Assembly (NCBI GenBank): GCA_041674405.1
Contig: JBAYVT010000004.1
Span: forward strand, 90,001 to 122,000
Source of the DNA: Patescibacteria group bacterium
GTDB lineage: Bacteria; Patescibacteriota; UBA1384; XYA2-FULL-43-10
DNA length: 32,000 bases
Reading direction: 5' to 3'
Position numbers and translations under genes: made by a program. Of the stretch, positions 7,008 to 15,444 are shown piece by piece. The number at the start of each line of letters is the position of its first letter. The first letter of the stretch is position 1. The notes beneath the pieces were generated by a model, which worked only from the letters and a program-made list of their open reading frames with translations, was not told the origin of the DNA and searched no databases.

Positions 7008-8274
7008 TCTTAAATATTGCTAGCAGCGCTTCTTTCTTCGTGTAAACATAATACCCCATAAGCAAAGCGAATAAAACACCATTCATCAAGATAAATGTAC
7101 GAATTACCGCAAGAATGCTTGGGTGCCAATACGAAACCATGACAATCTGAGCTACAAGCACGATGAAATAAAGAATTAAGAAAAAGAAGTTTTTGATGAC
7201 CATATAGTAATTTGCCATAAGATTAACCATGGAATAGAACAAAACAAACAAACCAACCTCGGGAAGAAGCGTGTATGCAGAAACATAATCAGGCCCATAT
7301 AAAATTGATACCACCTTGCCTGGCATTATCATATAAATGGCAAGCACAGCAAATGCCCCGATTAGCGTGATTATGATCGAAAAAAGAAAGATCTGATAAT
7401 GTTTGTCACCTTTGACTTTTCGCTCTGATACCATTGGGAACATGACGCTCGCAATCGGTGCTGTTACATAAAGAATAATCTTGGCAACCGTCGAGATGGC
7501 AGCGTATAAGCCAGCGCTTTGCGGATCAAAATAATGTTTAACCAGAATAATATCGATATTGAGCGAAGCAACAAGAAATAAAGACGCAATCAGTGTTGGC
7601 CAAGTGTAGGATATTATTTCCTTTTTATCGAATTTAAAAGAGTGCCCATCATGGAATTTTATTTTATTAAACATTCGCTTTATCGGCAAAAACGAAATGG
7701 AATATGCAATTATGGTGGCTAGTACTATGGCACTGACCGCTCCGTTTAATTTTAAACCTGCCATCACCAGTGCTAAGCCCAATCCAAGCCGGAGGGCCAT
7801 TTCTAAGATGTTGATTGAAGCCAGGCTTCTAAATTTTTGGAGGCCCTGAAAATATCCTTTGTTAATTACAATAAGCAGAGAGAATATTACTCCTGATAAC
7901 ACAATTGAAATTGGCATGAGTGAATTGATAGAAAAGAAATTCGCGATAGGCTTTAGAAACAAAAGGCAAACCAAAAATATTCCAACACCGATCAAAAGTA
8001 GATATTTTGTGAGAAACAAAAACAATTTTTTTAATGCATCAAAATATCGTTCGTTGAATAATTCTCCGGAGTATCTCATCGAGATGGTCAAAATTGCGCC
8101 GCTAGCTACGGCAATAATAGTTTGCAATGACATTAGGGCTGTCATCTCGCCATATTCCGTCGGACCCAAAAGCCGCCCCATCATCATATTGAACAGGTAG
8201 GAAAATAAACTGGCAATCAATGTCCCGATAAAGACAATTGAACTGCTTTTAAGTAATTTTTTGGCTTCATTCAT
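6991..8274 (-). CDS. Wzx-like polysaccharide flippase (MOP superfamily)
   Basis: 427 aa with about 12 hydrophobic spans. The N-terminal 'SSIVFIGTLIASLFSYLFNMMMGRLLGPTEYGE' is typical of polysaccharide biosynthesis/flippase proteins. Confidence 0.8.
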   Translation of the reverse strand: MNEAKKLLKSSSIVFIGTLIASLFSYLFNMMMGRLLGPTEYGEMTALMSLQTIIAVASGAILTISMRYSGELFNERYFDALKKLFLFLTKYLLLIGVGIFLVCLLFLKPIANFFSINSLMPISIVLSGVIFSLLIVINKGYFQGLQKFRSLASINILEMALRLGLGLALVMAGLKLNGAVSAIVLATIIAYSISFLPIKRMFNKIKFHDGHSFKFDKKEIISYTWPTLIASLFLVASLNIDIILVKHYFDPQSAGLYAAISTVAKIILYVTAPIASVMFPMVSERKVKGDKHYQIFLFSIIITLIGAFAVLAIYMIMPGKVVSILYGPDYVSAYTLLPEVGLFVLFYSMVNLMANYYMVIKNFFFLILYFIVLVAQIVMVSYWHPSILAVIRTFILMNGVLFALLMGYYVYTKKEALLAIFKSENES

Positions 8275-8399
8275 ACGGGTTAAACTATAGCAGGTTGATT
8301 AAGCTTCGAAAAGGCTGTTTCAAAATTAGCAAATTATCTGATAACATCGAAATGCTTGACCAACTTTTTGCAATCTCAATTTCAATAATCGAATTATAA

Positions 8400-9425
8400 A
8401 TGCCAGATAAAGAAATAATTAAAACCAGTGTTTTTGCCAGGATCGGATTTTTAGGCAACCCCTCAGATGGATTCGGCGGCAAAACAATTAGCCTGCCCTT
8501 AAAAAATTTTCAAGCCGAGACATTGGTCTGGCAATCACCAACTTTCAAATTGCTCTCAAACAGCGAAGATCAGGACGAATATGAGCATGTCGGCGACATG
8601 GCTCGATATGTCAGGGCAAATGGCTATTATGGTGGAATCAGGCTTGTCAAGGCGGCGATTGTCAGCCTTAAGAAATATTGCGAGCAACATTCGATAGAAT
8701 TTCCTGGTGGCAATTTTACTATCAGTTATCGTTCAAATATTCCGCGCCAGAGCGGTCTTGCCGGTTCGAGTGCAATCATTGTCTCGACTATCAAATCGGT
8801 AATGAAATTCTACAAACTCCCCGAAGCCAGTTTGCCACCGGAAATCCTTGCTAACATTGCAATTGCCGCTGAAACTGAGGAACTGGGCATTACTGCTGGG
8901 CTTCAAGACCGAGTGGTCCAATCTTTTGATGCCCCGGTCTATATGGATTTTGGTCCGGCAGCATTTAAAAGGCATGGAGGGATTTTTGGTGAATACAAAA
9001 AAATAAATCCGAACTTATTTCCTGAAATGTACATAGCCTGGAACGACAAACCTTCTGAATCGGGCAAAATTCACTCGGATGTTAAATCTCGCTTCCTGGA
9101 TGGTGATCAAAAAGTAGTTAATGCAATGGCAAGATTTGCCGAAATTGCCGAATCTGGGATGAGCGCCTTGCTTAAACGCGACCATGCCAAGCTTTGTGAT
9201 CTTGCAGACCAGAATTTTGATCTGCGTAGAAAAATCTACGGTGATTCTGTAATTGGGGCCGACAATCTAGCGATGATTAAATTGGCTAGAAAATTTGGCG
9301 CTGCCGCCAAGTTCCCAGGTTCAGGCGGGGCGATCATCATTATTCCACGAAATAAAGGACAGGCTGATATAATTTTAGAAGAGTTTGCGCGAAGAAAATA
9401 TAACATTGAAAGAGTAGTCGTATGA
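8400..9425 (+). CDS. GHMP-family sugar-1-kinase, glucuronokinase-like
   Basis: GHMP motif II-like 'NIPRQSGLAGSSA' and motif III-like 'FPGSGGA'. 'ARIGFLGNPSDGFGG', 'GYYGGIRL', 'ELGITAGLQDRV' and 'PSESGKIHS' match my recollection of the plant glucuronokinase subfamily. The stop overlaps the galU start (ATGA). Confidence 0.8.
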   Translation: MPDKEIIKTSVFARIGFLGNPSDGFGGKTISLPLKNFQAETLVWQSPTFKLLSNSEDQDEYEHVGDMARYVRANGYYGGIRLVKAAIVSLKKYCEQHSIEFPGGNFTISYRSNIPRQSGLAGSSAIIVSTIKSVMKFYKLPEASLPPEILANIAIAAETEELGITAGLQDRVVQSFDAPVYMDFGPAAFKRHGGIFGEYKKINPNLFPEMYIAWNDKPSESGKIHSDVKSRFLDGDQKVVNAMARFAEIAESGMSALLKRDHAKLCDLADQNFDLRRKIYGDSVIGADNLAMIKLARKFGAAAKFPGSGGAIIIIPRNKGQADIILEEFARRKYNIERVVV

Positions 9426-10309
9426 TGAGAAAGATAACAAAAGCGGTCATTCCGGCGGCTGGTCTTGGTACCCGTTTTTTGCCGGCCACCATTGCGCAAC
9501 CGAAAGAAATGCTGACAATTGTTGACAAGCCAGTGATTCAATTTGTGGTCGAAGAAGCGGTCGAAAGCGGAATTAAAGATATCCTCATTATCACCGGCCG
9601 AAGCAAGAGAGCAATCGAGGACCATTTCGATCCATCGTATGAGCTCGAAGAAATGCTTCAAAGGAAAAACAATGAAGAGCTTCTTTTGACACTTGATCGA
9701 ATTTCAAATCTCGCCAATATCCATTTTATTCGCCAAAGGCGCCAGAGAGGTCTAGCAGATGCAATATATCAAGCCAAAACTTTTATTGGCGACGAGCCAT
9801 TTGCCGTCCTCTTAGGGGATACAATCATTGATTCGAGTGATGAAAAAACCCACAATCTATCAAAAATGGCTTCGCTTTATGAAGAAACAGGGAAATCCGT
9901 AGTTGCTCTCGAGCGAGTTTCGAAGGCACAAATTTCGCGTTATGGAATAGCTGGCGGAAAAATGCTCGACAAACAGGTGATGGAGATTGACGAACTGGTC
10001 GAAAAGCCGGACCTGGTTGATGCTCCGTCGAATCTAGCGATCGCCTCACGCTATATTTTTGCAACTGGCATTTTTAGCCTGGTCGAGAAAACTAAACCCG
10101 GTGTCAATGGGGAGATTCAGATTACCGATAGTATGAAATTTCTCGCCGAAGCGGGAGAAATACTTGGTTATATCATCAGCGGCCGCCGGCATGACATCGG
10201 CAATAAGGTTGATTTCGTCAAAACAAATCTTGATTTTGCCTTAAAGCGCAAAGATACAAAAGCAGAGATCAAAAAATATATTAGAGAAATTTTGAAAGGT
10301 GAAAAATGA
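9422..10309 (+). CDS. galU: UTP--glucose-1-phosphate uridylyltransferase
   Basis: 'KAVIPAAGLGTRFLPATIAQPKEMLTIVDKPVIQFVVEEA' and 'LLGD' are canonical GalU motifs. ATGA overlaps at both ends. Confidence 0.9.
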   Translation: MMRKITKAVIPAAGLGTRFLPATIAQPKEMLTIVDKPVIQFVVEEAVESGIKDILIITGRSKRAIEDHFDPSYELEEMLQRKNNEELLLTLDRISNLANIHFIRQRRQRGLADAIYQAKTFIGDEPFAVLLGDTIIDSSDEKTHNLSKMASLYEETGKSVVALERVSKAQISRYGIAGGKMLDKQVMEIDELVEKPDLVDAPSNLAIASRYIFATGIFSLVEKTKPGVNGEIQITDSMKFLAEAGEILGYIISGRRHDIGNKVDFVKTNLDFALKRKDTKAEIKKYIREILKGEK

Positions 10310-11238
10310 AAACATATCTAATCACCGGTGGCGCTGGCTTTCTTGGGTCCAACCTGGCAATTCGTCTTATTAAGAACGGGCAGAAAGTTATTGTAGTCGA
10401 CGATTTGTTTACTGGCCGATTAAAAAATCTGGCTGAAATCAAAGAAAATCCCAATTTTAGATTTATTAAGCACGACGTCAGAAAACCTCTAAAAATTGAT
10501 GGCAATGTTGATTATGTCTGCCATTTAGCTTGCCCGGCTTCGCCGCCAGTTTATTTGATTGATCCTATACATACCCTTGAAACATCGGCAATCGGCACCC
10601 AGAATATGCTTGAATTTGCACTCTCCAAGGGGGCAAGGTTTTTTTATACTTCTACAAGTGAAATTTATGGCGACCCTTTGGTGCACCCGCAGAAAGAGAG
10701 CTATTTTGGTAATGTAAACCCATATTGCAAGCGCTCCTGCTATGATGAGGGAAAGCGCTATGCAGAGGCCCTTATTTATGAATACCGGCGCGAAAGAGGG
10801 CTAAACACGGGAATCATTCGCATTTTCAATACTTATGGTCCCAAAATGGACCCTGATGATGGTAGGGTAGTTACAAACTTCATCAAACAGGCCCTGCGGG
10901 GCGAAGATATTACCGTGCAGGGCGACGGTAAACAGACGCGTTCTTTTTGTTATGTTGACGATCAAATCGACGGTATGATAAAAATGATAAAATCCAATGA
11001 GGAAGGCCCTATCAACATTGGCAACCCAAATGAGTTTACAATCCTTGAACTTGCAAAAATTGTCATAGATTTGACAAAGACAAACTCAAAAATTGTGTAC
11101 ACCGCTCCAGTTGAATCTGATCCTAAACAGAGAAGGCCGGATATCAAATTAGCCAAGGAAAAACTAAATTGGAAGCCCAAAATCAATCTTCGTGAAGGGA
11201 TCAAAAAAACGATGGAATATCTAAAGGCAGAAATTTGA
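10306..11238 (+). CDS. uxs: UDP-glucuronate decarboxylase (UDP-xylose synthase), extended SDR
   Basis: 'ITGGAGFLGSNL', 'VDDLFTGRLKNL', 'HLACPASPPVY', 'YDEGKRYAE' and 'GDGKQTRSFCYVDD' match the UXS subfamily pattern. Confidence 0.85.
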   Translation: MKTYLITGGAGFLGSNLAIRLIKNGQKVIVVDDLFTGRLKNLAEIKENPNFRFIKHDVRKPLKIDGNVDYVCHLACPASPPVYLIDPIHTLETSAIGTQNMLEFALSKGARFFYTSTSEIYGDPLVHPQKESYFGNVNPYCKRSCYDEGKRYAEALIYEYRRERGLNTGIIRIFNTYGPKMDPDDGRVVTNFIKQALRGEDITVQGDGKQTRSFCYVDDQIDGMIKMIKSNEEGPINIGNPNEFTILELAKIVIDLTKTNSKIVYTAPVESDPKQRRPDIKLAKEKLNWKPKINLREGIKKTMEYLKAEI

Positions 11239-11266
11239 TAATTAATATGATTGCTAAGGAAAGAAA

Positions 11267-12556
11267 ATGAAAATTGTTGTCATTGGTACTGGTTATGTTG
11301 GCTTGGTACAAGGTGTAGCATTGGCAGAATTGGGCAATGAGGTTACCTGCATTGATGTAGACGAGGATAAAATTGCAAAACTCAAAGAGGGAATTTCCCC
11401 AATATACGAGCCGGGAATCGAAGAGCTAATTAAGAAAAATCTAAAACAAGGCCGGATTACTTTCGAAACATCGCTTAAAAGATACTTGAATAAATCCGAT
11501 ATCGTATTTATCGCGGTGGGGACGCCGTCGGACGAAAATGGAAAAGCCGATTTGAAATATATTATCGCTGCAGCGGAAGAAATCGGAAAAAATATCAAGA
11601 AACCTCTTGTTATCGTAAATAAAAGCACAGTGCCGATTGGGACAGGAGAAATGGTAAAAAGTACCATCAAGAAGCACTACAAGGGAAGCTTTGACGTCAT
11701 CTCCAACCCGGAATTTTTAAGAGAAGGTTCGGCAATCGACGACTTTTTTCATCCGGATCGAGTGGTAATAGGGTGCAATGGGGACCGAGAAGCAGCAGAA
11801 AAAGTCGCTGAAGTTTACAAGGTCTTAACTTGCCCAATTGTCATAACGAACCTAGAAACCGCAGAAATGATCAAATATGCCTCAAATTCTTATCTGGCAA
11901 CCCAGATTTCATTCATCAATTCAATTGCTAATATATGCGAAAAAGTCGGTGCCGATGTAGCCGATGTCTCGCGCGGCATGAAACTGGACAAACGAATTGG
12001 CGAGCGGGCATTCCTGAGTGCCGGCATCGGCTACGGGGGATCATGTTTTCCAAAAGATGTAAGCGCAATGGTAGAAATCGCCAAAGAAACCGGAGAGGAC
12101 TTTAGGATATTGGAGGAAGTCGAGGCAGTAAACAAATCCCAAAGGCAAAGATTCGTTAAAAAAATTGTTGAGAAACTAGGCAAATTAAAAGGAAAGAGAA
12201 TCGCGATCTGGGGAGTAGCTTTCAAGGCAAAAACGGATGATATCAGGGAAGCGCCGGCGATTACAATAATGGAAGCATTAATTGATTTGGGTGCAGAAGT
12301 TTTAGCATATGACCCAGTCGCCGTGGAAAATGCGAGTAAAATTATTCCCGATGCAATCTATGTTAATCGACCAACAGACGCTTGCAAGCGTGCAGACGCG
12401 TTGCTTATTGTCACTGATTGGGACGAATTTAAACAAGTAAATCTTGATGAACTTGGCAACTCAATGAAATCAAAAGTCATTTTTGACGGCAGAAATATCT
12501 ATAACCCCGAAGATGCAAAGAAAGCTGGGTTCACATATTTTGGGATAGGTAGATAA
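11267..12556 (+). CDS. ugd: UDP-glucose 6-dehydrogenase
   Basis: 'MKIVVIGTGYVGLV', 'NKSTVPIGTG', 'NPEFLREGSAI' and the catalytic 'GGSCFPKDV'. SD-like aaggaaag precedes the ATG. Confidence 0.9.
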   Translation: MKIVVIGTGYVGLVQGVALAELGNEVTCIDVDEDKIAKLKEGISPIYEPGIEELIKKNLKQGRITFETSLKRYLNKSDIVFIAVGTPSDENGKADLKYIIAAAEEIGKNIKKPLVIVNKSTVPIGTGEMVKSTIKKHYKGSFDVISNPEFLREGSAIDDFFHPDRVVIGCNGDREAAEKVAEVYKVLTCPIVITNLETAEMIKYASNSYLATQISFINSIANICEKVGADVADVSRGMKLDKRIGERAFLSAGIGYGGSCFPKDVSAMVEIAKETGEDFRILEEVEAVNKSQRQRFVKKIVEKLGKLKGKRIAIWGVAFKAKTDDIREAPAITIMEALIDLGAEVLAYDPVAVENASKIIPDAIYVNRPTDACKRADALLIVTDWDEFKQVNLDELGNSMKSKVIFDGRNIYNPEDAKKAGFTYFGIGR

Positions 12557-12589
12557 TAGAAAGAAATATCATTATTTAAGATTAAAATT

Positions 12590-13573
12590 ATGAAAAATCA
12601 GCCCAAGGTTTCCATCATCATTCCTGTTATTGCCGTAAATGATTACATTCGCGAGTCCATCCCTGAGATTCTGAAGTTAGATTGGCCGGATTATGAGATT
12701 TTTATTTTTCCTGATCAACCTGACAAAAAACATAAATGGCCGAAAACCAAAATTATCGCATCGGGCAAAGTCGGGCCGGCAGAGAAACGCGATCTGGCAA
12801 TTAAATATGCCCAAGGCGAGATCATTGCATTTTTAGACGATGATGCATTTCCGAGAGCCGATTGGCTCAAAAAGTCGATCAAATTATTTTCTGACAAAAA
12901 AGTCGGCGCTGTCGGCGGGCCTGCGATGACACCGAAGCATGACGATACCCTACAAAAAGTTTCTGGCGCTGTTTTTGAATCTTATCTTGGCGGTGGCGGA
13001 GCGAGAAACCGCTATTTGCCGATCGGCAAAGAGTGTGAATGTGACGATTGGCCAACAGTGAATCTGCTTGTCCGCAAGGATGTTTTTGCAAAAATAGGTG
13101 GCTTCGATAATACTTACTGGCCAGGGGAAGACACCAAACTTTGCCTTGATATTTTAAGTGCCGGTTACAAAATCATGTATACGCCGGAGGCGGTCGTCTA
13201 CCACCATCGCCGATCCGACCTTGTGAAGCACTTCAAACAGATTGGAAATTATGCCCTGCATCGCGGTTTCTTTGCCAAGATCTATCCGAAAACTTCGCTT
13301 AAACTATTCTATTTCATGCCGAGTATTTTCGATCTATATCTGTTGGCGTTGATAATAATTACCCTCATTCCTCATTCCTCATCTCTTGTAATGATTGCCT
13401 CAATTCCAATTGCGCTATATGCCGTTGGGCTTATTTTGGATGCCCTTGTTATCTCATTTCGTTGGAAAAATCCATTGGTAGGATTAATCACGATACCCAT
13501 GGTCCTCTTCACTCATGTCTGGTACGGCATCCGCTTCGTTTGGGGGCTGATTATTCCAAAACTTGCTAGATAG
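12590..13573 (+). CDS. GT2 glycosyltransferase with C-terminal transmembrane segments
   Basis: 'VSIIIPV', 'IIAFLDDDAFP' and 'WPGEDTKLC', followed by 3-4 hydrophobic spans at the C-terminus. Confidence 0.85.
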   Translation: MKNQPKVSIIIPVIAVNDYIRESIPEILKLDWPDYEIFIFPDQPDKKHKWPKTKIIASGKVGPAEKRDLAIKYAQGEIIAFLDDDAFPRADWLKKSIKLFSDKKVGAVGGPAMTPKHDDTLQKVSGAVFESYLGGGGARNRYLPIGKECECDDWPTVNLLVRKDVFAKIGGFDNTYWPGEDTKLCLDILSAGYKIMYTPEAVVYHHRRSDLVKHFKQIGNYALHRGFFAKIYPKTSLKLFYFMPSIFDLYLLALIIITLIPHSSSLVMIASIPIALYAVGLILDALVISFRWKNPLVGLITIPMVLFTHVWYGIRFVWGLIIPKLAR

Positions 13574-13586
13574 ATCTATCTAGCAA
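13563..13586. repeat. Perfect 24-bp palindrome ttgctagatagatctatctagcaa containing the stop codons of both convergent genes
   Basis: Read directly and checked base by base. The + strand stop tag is at 13571-13573 and the - strand stop is at 13576-13578. Both proteins end in '-AR'. It may be a bidirectional hairpin. Confidence 0.85.
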
Positions 13587-14451
13587 ATCTCAAAATAAGT
13601 AGAACAGCAGCTATCAAAACAGCACATCCAGTCAACCTGATGATGTATGTTTTTGATGAATTTTTTTCGAGCCAGGTAGGGTAATATCTGGAGGTGATGC
13701 CAGTAATTAGTAGGGTGAAAAATGACCCGAACATTGCAAGGGCTTGTGAAACTGCCACATTCGTCAAAAATGCGATGAAAACCAATACTTGTGCGCTTAC
13801 GATAAATAAGTTGCTTAGGAAAAGTGGAAAAATCTGGATTGCGGTGACCCTGATTTCTTTTTTTGCTAGAAAATATGTTGGGCTCAAAAGAACTGCGACT
13901 CCCAATAAAGACCAGGCCTGAAAATTGAAAGGATCAAGCCCGGTATTGAGTGAAAGTTTCACGAAAATATCAGTTGCCGCATAAAGCAAAACAGCAAGGA
14001 GCATCAGTAAAATGTTTTTGTTGAAAATTGATCCCAGTCGTTGTTTGTCGTTGTAGGAAACAAGAATTCCACCAAGCACCGTCAAGGCAATTGAAAGATA
14101 GATCAGGACAGGGAATCTTTCGCCTAAAACAATAAATGACAGCAGCGTTACAAAAATGGTCTGTATGTTAAATAGCGATTGATAGACTGATACGTCGATG
14201 GAATATAAGGCTTTCCATGTCAGAAGCGTTGCAACCGCGGTGGTAGCAATATAGGCAAAATAAGGCCAACTTAGCGGATTCTGAATGTGCCCTGCCTTGG
14301 CCCAAAGAAACGGCAGAAAAATTAGTGCTGTCACATTCAACCAAAAAATCAAGGAATATAGATTCTTAATTTTGTACTTTGTTGTAATTTTGCCGGCAAT
14401 GCCGGAAAGCGAGTAGAAAAAAGCTGCTGTTAAGGACAGAAATATATACAT
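13576..14451 (-). CDS. EamA/DMT-family 10-TM transporter
   Basis: Two EamA-like halves, with 'FIVLGERF' and 'ALTVLGGILVSY'. The ATG at 14451 is preferred. The track ORF start at 14469 is a TTG, and tacaat there looks like a -10 box. Confidence 0.8.
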   Translation of the reverse strand: MYIFLSLTAAFFYSLSGIAGKITTKYKIKNLYSLIFWLNVTALIFLPFLWAKAGHIQNPLSWPYFAYIATTAVATLLTWKALYSIDVSVYQSLFNIQTIFVTLLSFIVLGERFPVLIYLSIALTVLGGILVSYNDKQRLGSIFNKNILLMLLAVLLYAATDIFVKLSLNTGLDPFNFQAWSLLGVAVLLSPTYFLAKKEIRVTAIQIFPLFLSNLFIVSAQVLVFIAFLTNVAVSQALAMFGSFFTLLITGITSRYYPTWLEKNSSKTYIIRLTGCAVLIAAVLLILRFAR

Positions 14452-14510
14452 AATGCGATTGTAGCACAAGAATTGTTAGTCCTCACCCAAAATAATTGTT
14501 TTTAAACGCA

Positions 14511-14542
14511 AGACCGCCGCCCACGTTGGGGCGGCGGCGGTC
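14511..14542 (-). terminator. GC-rich hairpin downstream of the GC-rich minus-strand gene
   Basis: agaccgccgccc / acgtt / ggggcggcggcggtct (imperfect, with one extra gcg), ending 20 nt from the stop at 14563. Confidence 0.5.
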
Positions 14543-14562
14543 TGCTTTTGGGAATCCGGGCG

Positions 14563-15369
14563 CTACGCATAGCGCTCGACCATCATCTTCATGTTGGCGA
14601 GGAACCACGCCATGTGGTCCTGCACGGCCGAGGGCGTGCCCAGCTTGGGCTTGTACTCGGCAACGAAGTTGATCTCGGCCGGCCGGTTGGCCGCCGAGAG
14701 AAGGTTCTCCACGATCGTGTGTGACCCGCTGTCCGTCACCGATTTCACGTGCACGGCGGCGACGTACGGCGCGAGGACCTTCACGGCCTCGTGTCGCTCG
14801 GTGCGAGTGGCGCCCAAGACAGAGCTGTCTTCGGCGGCGTTGCGATCGGCGCGAAGGAGATGCTCTGTGTCGATGACCAGCCTGCATCCCTCGTCCCGGC
14901 AGTACCGAGCAATCGTGTTGGCGGCCAGTCGATCATCAGGGTTCACCTCGTAGAGGCCGTTGGCCGCAAGGTGGTGGCTGATGTTCTCGCCGGGAAGAAG
15001 TGCCTCCACCTTTCGGCACTCGGCGATCTTCGGGAAGAACGCCCAGTCGATCGGTGTGGAAGGCATGCCCTCACCGCCGATCTGGTGGCGGAGACCCTGG
15101 AGAAGCCCGTTCACCGGGTTCCAGGCGCCTTCGTGGTACTTGACCGGCAGCGGCCAGTTCTCCCTTCCGGTTACCCCACGAAGGGGGAGAACCTGCAGGA
15201 ATTCGTAGCCAGCCTTCTGGGCCCACTTGGCCGCCATCATCGGCGAGCCATGCGCCCAGAGTGCCGTCCTCATAGCATACGGCAACAGAGACGCGATCGA
15301 AATACCGTAACCGAACACATTGGGAGTCCGTCGCAAGCTAATCACCCGTTTCTTGCCCCCATGGGACAT
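14563..15369 (-). CDS. GC-rich hypothetical protein, possibly a xylose-isomerase-like TIM-barrel (sugar-phosphate isomerase/epimerase-like) fold
   Basis: The long ORF in about 63% GC DNA carries several shadow ORFs. The ATG at 15369 is preferred, though the track ORF extends to a GTG at 15417. 'LYEVNP', 'VIDTEHLL', 'AAVHVKS' and 'FVAEYKP' loosely resemble the E/D-H/H/E metal-ligand pattern of that fold. The functional call is weak. Confidence 0.6.
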   Translation of the reverse strand: MSHGGKKRVISLRRTPNVFGYGISIASLLPYAMRTALWAHGSPMMAAKWAQKAGYEFLQVLPLRGVTGRENWPLPVKYHEGAWNPVNGLLQGLRHQIGGEGMPSTPIDWAFFPKIAECRKVEALLPGENISHHLAANGLYEVNPDDRLAANTIARYCRDEGCRLVIDTEHLLRADRNAAEDSSVLGATRTERHEAVKVLAPYVAAVHVKSVTDSGSHTIVENLLSAANRPAEINFVAEYKPKLGTPSAVQDHMAWFLANMKMMVERYA

Positions 15370-15444
15370 ATTTGATATTCTTGGGTCATGCCCCACGGCA
15401 CCGTAACAATATAACACAAATCACTAATAAAGTCAAGGACATTT

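Noticed and set aside
8285-8482. 65-aa minus-strand ORF spanning the divergent intergenic region and the kinase start
   Set aside because: It has no motifs or RBS, overlaps the 5' end of the GHMP kinase gene in antisense, and occupies the likely promoter region.
13363-13383. 7-nt tandem repeat cctcatt x3 (third copy imperfect) inside the GT2 gene, considered as a slipped-strand phase-variation tract
   Set aside because: There are only about three copies with one imperfection, which is too short to argue for a contingency locus without population data.
14483-15375. Four overlapping ORFs (82-208 aa) on both strands within GC-rich island 3
   Set aside because: These are shadow ORFs of a 63% GC gene with Arg/Gly/Pro-rich nonsense-like translations. 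Only the 14563..15369/15417 frame looks like a globular protein.
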